From assembly GCA_032718475.1 (NCBI GenBank), contig JAUCBJ010006938.1:1-64000 (forward strand): DNA of 64,000 bases. The letters run 5' to 3'. The stretch comes from Nemertoderma westbladi (Eukaryota; Animalia; Xenacoelomorpha). The translations under genes and the position numbers were made by a program. Of this stretch, positions 53,979 through 64,000 are shown piece by piece; position 1 is the stretch's first letter; each line of letters begins with the position of its first letter. Under the pieces are notes generated by a model. The model was not told the origin of the DNA, ran no database searches, and saw nothing but the letters and a program-made list of their open reading frames with translations.

Positions 53979-56667
53979 TTCCACATGAGGTTAGAAAAGT
54001 ACTGGCAGGATTAGAGGGAACAACAAACCTTCATGACAACATATTGGTCTGGGGGAGGGACTATGATGACCACATCAAGAACCTGAAAGCCTGCTTGGAA
54101 AGGTGCAATGAGAAGGGAATCACACTAAAACTAAGCAAGTCCACATTTGGTATGAATGAAATAGAATGGTTTGGTCGTACTTTTACACCATACGGTGTTG
54201 CTGCTGACCCAAAGAAAATAAAAACAATCATTGAAGCAGGATGTCTGGTCAATGTCGAAGATGTCCGGTCTCTCTTAATGGCATGCCAGTATAATGCCAA
54301 ATTCGCTTTCGACTATCCCACTGTACCTGATTCATACGAACAGATAACACAACCACTCCAAATGTTATTACACAAAGACACAACCTTCTATTGGGGCCCA
54401 ATTGAGGAAGAGTCATACCAGAAGTTGATTACCACCATGAGCTCAGAAACTACACTGCGACCCTACAAATCCGAACTGCCAACACATTTTGTGGCAGACG
54501 CATCTGAAGTTGGCATTCAAGCAAGTTTATACCAAGAAGAAGATCGGAACAAATGGGTACCAGTAGACCACACAAGCCGAGCACTTTCACAGACTGAATA
54601 GAATTATTCACCAATCGAACGGGAAAGCCTTGCACAATCGTGGGGAATGCAACAATTTAGGTACTACTTATTGGGGGGACTTTTCACAAGCTGGAGCGAC
54701 CACGAACCACTGATACCACTATACAACTCCCAAAAAGCAACCTCCAAGCGAATCTCCAAAAACCGCGATCAGATACAAGACCTTAACTTCAAAATGAAAC
54801 ATCTTCCTGGAAAGGAAATGCCCTGTGACTTCGGCAGTCGACATCCAATTCCCATCAAGCATCTAAGCGAGGATCTAAGCGAGGAGACAAAATTGTCGTC
54901 CCAGATGGAGAGTTCTTTCCAGGTTCGGGAAACATTAGACAATGGATCATTGATGCAGCTCATGAAGGACATCCAGGGATTGTCACCATGAAACGCCACA
55001 TCCGATCAAGAGTTTGGTTTCCAAACATGGACGAATGTGTTCAATCTAGGGTAAATAGTTGCCTCGCTTGCCAGGCGGCAACCAAGACCCACCATGGAGA
55101 CCCACTCATTCCATCAACACCACCCATGCAACCATGGCAACATTTATCCGCAGATCACTGGGGTCCAACAGAAGACGGAAAATTTCTTCTGGTCGTTGTC
55201 GATGAACTTACAAAGTACCCAGAAGTAATGGTAGTAAATGGTACGAGTTCTGATAAGAACATTGAGGCATTTGATGAGATCTTTTCTCGGCACGGCTTCT
55301 GTGAAACACTTAAAACGGATAATGGGCCACCCTTCAATGGATCAGATTCCCATGAGTTACAACAATATCTTAAATGGGCGGGAATAAAACACAAGGGAAC
55401 TCAATTCAATTATATTAACCTTAAAACTTTAGCCAGCATGCTGGACTAAAGGCAGTGAAATGGCACCGAAGTTACACATTAAACTGATAGTTTAAAAGGT
55501 CAAAGTCAGCGGGCTGGATGGACTTGGTCCATCTTCTATGTACGTGTTGACACAATATAATTTGTAAATAATACGACACTAAACAATAGAATAAGATATT
55601 TACTGTACACATTACAACCGTACTTAGTTAACTAAAGGTTGCAGTTAACAGAGTGCTGAAGACCCAGAAGCCAATGGACTGGCTGAAAGCTTCATGAAAC
55701 ACTGCCAGAAAACATGGCACACTGCCATAATAGAAAAGAAAAATCCTACAGCAGAACTAAACAAACACCTTTGAATGTACAGAGCAACACCTCAAATATC
55801 GACAAACAAATCCCCTGCTGAACTACTCTTTGGAAGGAAATTCCAAAACCGCCTCCCAATGCTTGCTGAAACTTTTGAGCGTGAAGACATCAAGGAAGCC
55901 CGATTCAATGACATGTTGACCAAAGAAAAACAGAAAGGATACAAAGACGCCAAACAATACATAAAGTCACATGAAATTTCAAAAGGAGACCAAGTGCTGC
56001 TCAAACAAAAACAGACAAAATCAAAACCACCTTTCGATCCAAAGCCTTATACCATCACAGACGTCGTTGGCCACCAAATAAAAGGTAATCAGGATGGAAA
56101 AGAGATAACTAGAGACGCACAGAAGTGGAAGCAAATTAAGACAAACACACCAATTAACTACGACAACATACGACAAAGAAGGGCGGAACATCACCATGAA
56201 CGAAATAATGACTGGTTGGATGGAGATCTAAACATATCAATGACCTCACCAGAAACTGTGAACCAATCGGAAGTTGAAGTTACAAACAAGGGGCCTGAAA
56301 ACATTCACCAATCACTGCCTACTCAAAGACGCTCCCAATGCACAAGATGCATGCCGATCCGCTATGGAGACTATGTCATGTTCTAGAACGACTCATATTT
56401 CCATAAGGGCAAGAAAAGCAGAGGTGTTATGTCCATACTCACCCAATATAAACTTGTATAGCCTTTGTGGTTTTTAATATAACCCAGTTGGTGGTGGTCT
56501 GTTGTTTAACATGTTGTAAACATGTATGACCTTTGTTTATTGGTTAAGTAATGTTATATATATGTAATCAGTTTGGTGGTGGTTGATTGAGACTGAGCCT
56601 TATGTAAGATACTTTATTATTAAATCCTTGCCAACTTATTACACCTAACTTTTGAAACATTACAACA
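53979..56667 (+). mobile_element. Ty3/Gypsy LTR retrotransposon remnant (3' RT, RNase H, integrase, PPT, 3' LTR)
   Basis: RT/RNase H (HDNILVWG..., FVADASEVG, SRALS.TE, YSPIERE, WSDHEPL) precedes integrase (C..CQ, ADHWGP, VVDELTKYP, TDNGPPFNG, EANGLAE, YRATP), which is Gypsy order; stops and frameshifts are present. A purine tract (aagggcaagaaaagcagagg) precedes the LTR TGTT...AACA at 56425-56667. Confidence 0.9.
56425..56667 (+). repeat. 3' LTR of the Gypsy element
   Basis: TG...CA ends with a tgtt/aaca terminal inverted repeat, immediately after the polypurine tract; TATA-like tatatatatg and ATTAAA inside. Confidence 0.75.
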
Positions 56668-56848
56668 AGAAGTACTTTGCTAATGAAATAGTGATAGCAA
56701 GAATTCTTCCAAAGATTTCAACTCTTATAAACTTTGAGATATACAAATATAATTATTTACCGTGTAAAAAAGCTATAAAAATATTCAAGAAACTGGTCTA
56801 ACTTTATATTCACTACAACACATTTATATCATTTAATTTTGTTCCTAG

Positions 56849-56997
56849 GATGGGATTATGCTCTTTCAGCATGAGAATTATGAAGGATACGAGATGGATC
56901 TACAACAGGATATCTCAGATTTGAATGCCCATCATTCGATAATTAACAATGTAATCAGTTCAGTAATTGTTGTTAGTGGAACATGGACCCTGTATGA
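56849..56997 (+). CDS. Multi-domain beta/gamma-crystallin protein, exon A (DGIMLFQHENYEGYEMDLQQDISDLNAHHSIINNVISSVIVVSGTWTLYE)
   Basis: Acceptor ttttgttcctag, donor ga|gtgagt (phase 2). Greek-key signature F-x-H-x-N-Y-x-G...NNVISS-V-I-V-x-S-G-x-W-x-L-Y-E. Confidence 0.88.
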
Positions 56998-57413
56998 GTG
57001 AGTACTGTTTATGTAAATTCATTATCCTTTATTTATTGGTCAATTGGTGAAGTTAAAACAGAATATACGGTATATGAAGGGATATGTATAATATAGACTA
57101 TTAATTCAAATTAAGTTTGAAATTGAGTATATACTTGATATAACATTAAAATGTATTGTAATAAACTTTCAGATAACACAAAAACTATCAGAAACTACAC
57201 ATGAATTTCAGCCTATTAGGCATTTCCAGTATCTCTAACCAGTTCAGCCACATTACACTGACACTAAACTTGCTTGCTCACGATGCCTTGTAAGCTGAAA
57301 TTCCTAAATTGCCAGTTCAAACACCAGTAGTGTCATGCTTCCTGATTTTTTCTAATTGTATAATAATGATTATAGCGTATTGCTGGTTTACAACATGTTA
57401 AAATTGCCCTTAG

Positions 57414-57582
57414 GGATCCCGACTATGGTGGTATAAAGGTTGAACTCACACCAGGATACTACCCATGTTATAACGACTTGTTACCCGTTAGAGACAACAA
57501 GATTACATCAGCAAAGAAAACAGGAGAATCACCGGATGGATGCCTTCATGAAATAACTCTTTATTCAGAAGATAACTTTATG
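57414..57582 (+). CDS. beta/gamma-crystallin protein exon B (DPDYGGIKVELTPGYYPCYNDLLPVRDNKITSAKKTGESPDGCLHEITLYSEDNFM)
   Basis: Acceptor gcccttag, phase-2 start compatible with exon A, donor atg|gtatga (phase 0). Motif YxG...LxPGxY...DNKITS. Confidence 0.85.
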
Positions 57583-58066
57583 GTATGAGATATTTGTTAC
57601 ACTCTTTCCTAAATATCCTAATGAGTTTGTCATAAACTATCATCATTGGTTGGATAGTAAGGGACTGTTAATTGTTGGAAGATATTGTGGCAAAGATACT
57701 TTTGAGCAAGTTGAAGCATACGGATTGGAAAATTTCACCAACAAGCAAATTCAGTAAATTTGCTTTATAGCTACTTGATAATTGATTTTTGAAATACATA
57801 TGTAAAATAATCTTTATTTATTCCAACAACCCGACTAATCACCAATATTGGAGTTTGCATTTGTCCATACCGGTACTTGGCCGTTAATTCAAAATACGTT
57901 TTGTCACATTAAATTCTGTCACTATTTATATTTATGTATTGCTAAAATTACACAGGGTGCGCTGTAATATTATGTTATATTGTTTATAAATCGTATTTAT
58001 TTATTTTATAAATCAAAATAACTGTATAGCATAATAAATATAATATATAATATAATATATATATAT

Positions 58067-58302
58067 AAGCAAGCAAGCAAACAGTCGGCCGAAGCCGGAG
58101 GCGACCCGAAGGGTCCTCTTTCGATAGCTGCTACCCGAGGGTAGGGGTGGGCGCTACTCCTATCCCAAGATTTGCTCCCAGTTATTTAACTGGTACTCAT
58201 TTCATCGACCCCAGTGGATGAAAGGCTGAGTGGACCCTGGCGGGGCTGAACCTACAACCAATAGATTGCAGGCCCGGCGCTCAACCAACTGAGCTACCCC
58301 GC
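58067..58302 (-). mobile_element. tRNA-derived SINE with Nin-type central domain and (TTGC)n tail
   Basis: Minus strand: GCGGGGTAGCTCAGTTGGTTGAGCG (A box)...GCCTGCAAT...GGTTCAGCCCC (degenerate B box), then CCACTCAGCCTTTCATCC...GGGGTCGATGAAATGAGTACCAG (Nin-like core), a GC stem-loop tail and TTGCTTGCTTGCTT; inserted in a TA-rich tract. Confidence 0.85.
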
Positions 58303-58487
58303 TATATATTATATATATATATATAATATAATAAATAACTATACAGCATAATAACTGTAGAATTAGCTATAACTTAATTAAAAAAAGTTTAGTACAGGAA
58401 ATTATAATTGATATATGAACTTTTCATTCAGTATACATAGTAATATTTCCTCAACAAAATGATTTATTATTGTTAATATTATTTCAG

Positions 58488-58585
58488 GGTCAGACACTTC
58501 ATGCAAATGGAGATATTGACACCAATGCCTTCAACCATCGTCATATTAATGATGCAGTTAAGAGTATTCGTGTTAAATGTGGAAT
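58488..58585 (+). CDS. beta/gamma-crystallin protein exon C (GQTLHANGDIDTNAFNHRHINDAVKSIRVKCG)
   Basis: Acceptor attatttcag, donor at|gtaagt (phase 2). Completes the Greek key ITLYSEDNFM-G...NDAVKSIRV. Confidence 0.85.
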
Positions 58586-58774
58586 GTAAGTCAAATAATT
58601 TATTAATTATATTAAGTACTTGGAATTTTAATAACTTAAAGTTCTTCACTATATGATCAGTTAGTTAAGTTATTATATAATTGTTTGAAATACATAACAG
58701 GTTATGTTGGCTACAAGTAAATAAATTCATTCAATCTGTGACACGCCGATCATTCATCATTAGAAATAAATAAG

Positions 58775-58860
58775 AGGATGAGTCTGGAGTTTTTAACTGC
58801 CCTGGTGAACTTATGTTAAAGTAAGTTCCCTGGAGCAGTTAAAAACTCCAGACTCATCCT
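58775..58860. repeat. 86-bp hairpin / mini inverted repeat with 26-bp perfect arms
   Basis: aggatgagtctggagtttttaactgc ... gcagttaaaaactccagactcatcct. Confidence 0.9.
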
Positions 58861-58919
58861 GCCATCAGTATATCCGATGGCAAGTTCCCTGAACGAAACC
58901 AGAGGTTTAGTGAGAAAGG

Positions 58920-60668
58920 AGGACGTAATTTGCCAGTGGAACACTTATGGGAGACCGTGGGAGCATGGCGTAACCACATGGCGGAGTTACCCCACAACAA
59001 ACACACTGCCAGGTTCTGAAAGAGTTGCTGGGTTGTGTCGCCTGGGAGGAGGCATTGATGGAGAGCCAACAGCTGACCGACCTCTTGGATGGCTGATATG
59101 GATTCTGGATCTGAACAACTAAGGGCTTCAACAACAAGTGGTGTGAAACACAACCCGGATGAACGGCATTCCTCTGTGTGTGCAGTCATCTTCTGGTCCC
59201 TCACCACAGTGAGAGCATGAACTGGTTGCACAGCAGACCAGTGGATGGTGAGGGCCTTAAGTCTTGAGATGAATGTAATATCCAAGGACATTGGTTGTTC
59301 TCATGCGCCAGATGAATCCTAACACCTGGTCTGCTGCAGGAGCTGGCAACTATACCAGGGACTCCCCTCCGTGGTGCTAGAGCAGCTGATTGAGCTGCAG
59401 TGTAGACTGCATCCCTGAGGGAGTCATGACAACAGATATGGTCACTTCACCACAACCAACATTATGGTCCACGAAGGAGTCGGAGACTGACTCACACACT
59501 GAAACAAGAAGTTTGCTCAGAAGACATACAGATGGATGCCTAGCCAATACTGTAGGTATGCCTGATACTCCCTATCCAGTATGTAAAGGCCTAGTGACGT
59601 TGATGGGATCACTTGTAACCAGTCGCCAGCATGTGGCAAAGAGGTGGAGTTGGACAAGGCAATGGGACGGGTATCAAGGGCAGTGGAGAGCAAAAGGTCA
59701 TGGTTGGCAATGTCAATGGCGTGTGAGAGGGCACGCTGAGTAATGGGAGAAAGAGTGTGGCTATTGAGCACCATTCAGGGTTTATGGCCATGACGGTGAG
59801 GCGATCGATCGCTGCTTTGAAATGTGGATCCATCAAGGGGTGGCCAAGGATTCTTCTGATACATCTGAGTGACTGATGGGATGACGCTACATAAGTGGCT
59901 GGAGTGTGGTGGGTAGCTTTCCATAGCCACAGTCCACCCATGGATGATGGAAGCGTGGCTTAGAGCCATAACCAGTCTGATAGTGACCCACCTAAGATGT
60001 CCAACAGTGCATCTTTGATGGTGTAATCAATCTCGGATGAGGCAGTCATAATGAAGTCGAGGGGACAGCAGCGCAGGGCGAACATGACCTTGGGTAGAGA
60101 AAGACAAGACCATAGTAATGAGGTCTCCATCTGTGACTTATTTATGTCTGGGAGCCGGCCAATGATGGTTCAACTTTGCAGACCCAATGGGTAACCACCT
60201 CATCACAGTATGACAGTGGACCGATAGGGGAGCCCAGTAGCATTAGACCTGTAGACAGAGCTGGGATTGACTTTGGGAGAATATTTAGTTTGGTGTCAGA
60301 GCCCTGAGGGGAAAATAATTGAGATTTCTCTCAATTTAGGAGGAGGCTGACAGGGAGGCCTATGAGCTCAATGATGTCAATGGCGATTAGTAGGTCTGTG
60401 GGGAGACACATATGGTACCGTCATCCAGGAACCAACTAGATGGTACCAACTTGATATGTATGGCCAGTGGCTGAAGGGTGATGGCAAAACCAAGGGGACC
60501 AAGTCGGTCACCCTGCTGAACACCGCAACAGTTTAGAATCTTCATGTCTCCCAGCCATAGGATAACCTGTATGCCGTAACAGGACTACATCCAGGTGGAA
60601 ATGGAAGGTATATTGTGGTGGATTTCGAGAGAACATTCTCACACAGTCTATCATGTTGAAGGCATTCT
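58920..60668 (-). mobile_element. Decayed CRE-like (restriction-like endonuclease) non-LTR retrotransposon in crystallin intron C-D
   Basis: The minus strand gives NAFN..., GVQQGDRLGPLGFAITLQP and WFLDDGT (RT), then HAGDWLQVIPSTSLGL...QYWLG, a degenerate zinc knuckle, and an RLE-like LDITFIS...FTPLVVE...LAVCLLWGNSAMW. Multiple frameshifts; 5'-truncated. Confidence 0.8.
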
Positions 60669-60891
60669 GTATCATACAAGCGGACAATAGACACTTATAA
60701 ATTATTAAGTAATTTAAAGAGGACTATGATCCAGCTCTATAACAAATGGAGTGGAAAAAATGAATTCGCCACCAGCAGGAATTAATTTTTTTGAAATTTG
60801 GTGAGATCGCCAAGCTGAGCAATCCTTTATAATCCCTTATAAACATTTTACAAACTTTAAATAACATATAACATTATTATATTTCATCTAG

Positions 60892-61018
60892 GTGGGTTCT
60901 ATATGAAAGTAACTTTAACGGTATGTCCAAGGTGCTTGGACCAGGAGAATATGCTAATAGCGGTGCCTGGAGTCCATTCCTATACAAAAGACTATCATCA
61001 GTTAGAGCACTGCCAAAT
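60892..61018 (+). CDS. beta/gamma-crystallin protein exon D (WVLYESNFNGMSKVLGPGEYANSGAWSPFLYKRLSSVRALPN)
   Basis: Acceptor atttcatctag, phase-2 start, donor aat|gtaagt. Classic WVLYE-x-NF-x-G...LxPGEY...W...LSSVR motif. Confidence 0.9.
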
Positions 61019-61620
61019 GTAAGTTACAATAGATAGTTAGTTATTCAAGGCGTTGTAGAGAGTTTAACTATTATAATGGGAAAGCGTAAGAATGAGAGCC
61101 AATTCTTTCTTTCTCATCTCTGTATGTTTTGTATGCAATACAGACGCTAGCTAGTCTTTTTCAAATTGGACATATGTTCGTCATGCTCTTAATTCATTAC
61201 TTTTTTAATGAGTTGTATTTCTCCATAATTTTTTAATTCAATAAAAAGTCAGATAGTATAATATTTAAGACACGTTAAAAAAAGGTAATAACTATTTACA
61301 TACTTGTGTGTAAAGTAGCACTTTACAGTGTGATGATCTGAGTGCTTTGTTACACGATCGATCGTAGAGAGTTGAGTGAAAAATAAATCCACGAGGATCA
61401 GAACATTAAACAATAAATATATGATACAATAAACAACAACGTTTTAGAACATAATTTAGCTAAACTACTTGTATTTTTCGTGCCAAACATTGACACATGC
61501 CCAAAAATGCCCTAATCAACAAGGTATGATATATTTCAGTGTCATATTCGTGATCAGCATCCAAAAACAACTGACTACAAATTCCATGTTTAAAATATGC
61601 TGTCGAATTGATATTTTCAG

Positions 61621-61775
61621 GATGGTATAGCTGTATTTGAACACCCGTCATATAGGGGACGAATGTTTAAAGCCACAACCACTCAAGAAACTCTACATGC
61701 TAATAACGAACATGGGAACTTTGGTGATGTCACTTCGTCTGCCATAGTAACTGGTGGACAATGGGAATTATTCGA
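61621..61775 (+). CDS. beta/gamma-crystallin protein exon E (DGIAVFEHPSYRGRMFKATTTQETLHANNEHGNFGDVTSSAIVTGGQWELFE)
   Basis: Acceptor atattttcag, donor ga|gtaagt. Paralogous to exon A (same DGI start and same phase-2 intron in the final Glu codon). Confidence 0.9.
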
Positions 61776-62079
61776 GTAAGTTAATCAATTTACATTTCTT
61801 TACTAAATATAATTGGGATGATATTCAGTTTTAGGTTCTAGGAGTAGAACCAACTAGGGTAGTTAATGTTCAGGTTCTCAATTTTACTGTAATACTCAAA
61901 CCCATTGATTAATTGGACATCTCAATATCCGTGAGGAAGGTGGTTTTAAAATTACAAAAGTACTTGAACTTTACGTGCATCCCTGCTACAACATCACTGC
62001 TACTGTTACAAACCGGTACAAGGAACCGCTCCGGTGGTAAGTCGCTTACCTCAATTCAAAGTAATAAGTTGTCTATCAT

Positions 62080-62558
62080 GGTTTTGTTCAGAAATGGAAA
62101 AAAATGAGAAAGCACGTCACCGGAGCCATAAACAGCACCTGGACAAAACCATAATACTAAACCTTTAATTACAGTTGCATTAACAGCTCAACTCCAATTT
62201 ATTTATTTAAAATCACCTGGCAGCAATACTCGAGCTGAATATTTATTTATTTGTACTTTCCTCCTGTTTCACTCTAACATACTTGAGGCGGGTAGGTCCG
62301 ATGTTAGAGATAGGATATGCAACTTAAGACTGCCTGTTCAATAGAAGTGGATTAGGTGGGAGAGTGAATGTCAGGGTCAAATTGCTGAACTAGTTAGCAC
62401 TACTGATGAGGCCTGATAGGCTGAACCGTACGTATACCGCTGGTTCAACCCTCGGTGACGCGCTTTCTCATTTTTTTCCATTTCTGAACAAAACCATACT
62501 ATTACATCTTTAATTACAGTTGCATTAACAGCTCAACTCCAATTTAACTCCCATTCAT
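62080..62558 (+). mobile_element. Non-LTR retrozyme-like / Penelope-associated hammerhead element (unit about 345 nt) in crystallin intron E-F
   Basis: Type-I hammerhead-like core at 62403-62434; direct repeat of about 57 nt (62143-62201 vs 62488-62546); inverted copy of about 45 nt (62078-62122 vs 62453-62497); flanking direct repeat TTGTCTATCAT (62069-62079 and 62559-62569). Confidence 0.75.
62387..62446 (+). ncRNA. Minimal type-I hammerhead ribozyme (probably inactivated copy)
   Basis: gaactagt...ta CTGATGA G-GCCT-GAT-AGGC-T GAAC C-GTAC-GTA ta-cc-gctggttc. Features: CUGAUGA core, stem II, short palindromic stem III (CGTACG), GUA cleavage triplet, and stem I gaactagt/gctggttc with G-U pairs. 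The conserved GAAA reads GAAC. Confidence 0.7.
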
Positions 62559-62756
62559 TTGTCTATCATAAGGGCTTTCAATATAATATGTATTTTTATA
62601 ATGTATGATATGTACAATTTATTTACAGTATATTTATAATATATACAACCGATGGTATTCATCCTTTGATCCCAAGATTCCCTTAATCCCTTAATTCCAG
62701 ATTAACTACAACAATTATCTTTATTTTAATAAATTATTTTACGTATCTCCTTTCAG

Positions 62757-62871
62757 GCATGGCTTTACAGGCAGATCAGTGGTTCTCAACCCTGGGTTTT
62801 ATCGTGACATTGATGGTTTAATTCCACTGGGTGATAATGTACTATCATCGATGAAACGGACTCAGCAAAAT
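62757..62871 (+). CDS. beta/gamma-crystallin protein exon F (HGFTGRSVVLNPGFYRDIDGLIPLGDNVLSSMKRTQQN)
   Basis: Acceptor ctcctttcag, phase-2 start, donor aat|gtgaga. Motif FxG...LxPGxY...DNVLSS. Confidence 0.87.
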
Positions 62872-63058
62872 GTGAGAAAAATTAGACCATGGAAAAGTTA
62901 TTTTTTGTAATATCCTATTCTATAGCTTTTTAGTTTATTTTCCATTAATTAAATAGTGGCACATTGAGGTTAAAACATGCAAGTTACTTATTTATACGTT
63001 TTACGATATTTATACTTTTACATTTGATATAAATACATCAATGATATGTTTTGTTTAG

Positions 63059-63213
63059 GTTGAAGAGCCTTGTTCAGCGCCTTTGATAACCTTTTACAAT
63101 GACAACGATTATAAAGGGGAATATTTCTCAGTCAGTGCCGGAGTTCCAAGCGGTGGGTTTAAAAATGCTCACCAACACGATCTGATATCATCTATAAAAG
63201 TCGCATGTGGAGA
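63059..63213 (+). CDS. beta/gamma-crystallin protein exon G (VEEPCSAPLITFYNDNDYKGEYFSVSAGVPSGGFKNAHQHDLISSIKVACG); gene continues beyond window
   Basis: Acceptor ttttgtttag, donor ga|gtaagt (phase 2). Motif ITFYxDxDYKG...DLISSIKV-x-CG, paralogous to the end of exon B plus exon C. Confidence 0.87.
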
Positions 63214-64000
63214 GTAAGTACTTACATTTATACATCAAAAACATGTAGCGGCTTATGTTCAATCAGTCTCATATTTCAGTAGACTAATTTATATTATGAA
63301 AAATGATATGTCAATTGAATTGAATTGAAAAGACATTTAAAATTATTATACTATCCTTATATTATTTAATACTAATGAGCTAGGAAACCAAATTTTATTA
63401 TATTTATATGATTACATATTTACTGAATTAGCAATCACAGCTTTATTTACATAACTACCATAATAACACATTTTTCTAGCCTACTAACACTAAGGGGGGT
63501 TGGTGGCTAGATTATCAGGCAGACTCCCAGCTCGTCCAGCTATATCATCTCTTGGTTGGTATATCTTATTGGATGTTGTTCCTAGCCAACTTGTTAAGGG
63601 ACTGGAAAATAAATCTGTCATTACTATTTTTGCGGACAAAATATTAACTATGATATTTATCAAATAATTTGTTTATTAGGGATTGTGGAATTGAGGCAGG
63701 GCTGAGAGTAACTGAACTAAGGGATTCTCAATTCTATTTGAAGTGTTGGGTTCTAAGGTGATGACGAATTTCAAACATGGGTTACTAAAATAAGGCAACA
63801 TTTGATAGCTTGAACATTAAACTGAGATATTTATTTTTTGGATAAAATTATATAATTAGTTATTAGTTCGGGCCTTGCGGACACCTTGAACCACCAATTG
63901 TCTGTCATTAATGAGAGTTTCTGTTCTTAGTAGAAAAATAGAATCTAGAATATTGTGTTCTACACCTCCACACCATCATTGTTGAGGGAGCTAAATGTGG

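Noticed and set aside
58230-58302. tRNA-Ala gene on the minus strand
   Set aside because: The T-arm and acceptor stem are degenerate and it runs straight into a SINE core and tail; it is a SINE head.

Overview
AT-rich animal (invertebrate-type) nuclear DNA with spliced genes; about 55% of the window (roughly 35 kb) is tandem repeat. Two divergently oriented multi-exon genes, mostly missed by the ORF track, can be read through GT-AG junctions. (1) On the minus strand are the first three coding exons of an ankyrin-repeat protein whose N-terminus resembles the mechanosensitive channel NOMPC/TRPN (35777-35397, 34722-34621, 4318-4214). Its second intron is about 30.3 kb, mostly a 22.7-kb 22-bp satellite plus (ACCT)480. 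(2) On the plus strand are seven in-frame exons (56849-63213) of a multi-domain beta/gamma-crystallin protein with at least seven Greek keys and Ca2+-binding-type motifs; it runs off the window. Mobile DNA includes decayed RTE and CRE-like non-LTR retrotransposons, a Gypsy pol remnant with its 3' LTR, a hAT remnant with a nested TA-flanked MITE, an IS3EU-like palindromic MITE, a tRNA-derived Nin-type SINE, and a roughly 345-nt hammerhead-ribozyme retrozyme-like insertion with terminal redundancy, a 5' inversion and an 11-bp target-site duplication. There is no CRISPR array and no prokaryotic system. Family assignments come from motif recognition, not database searches.
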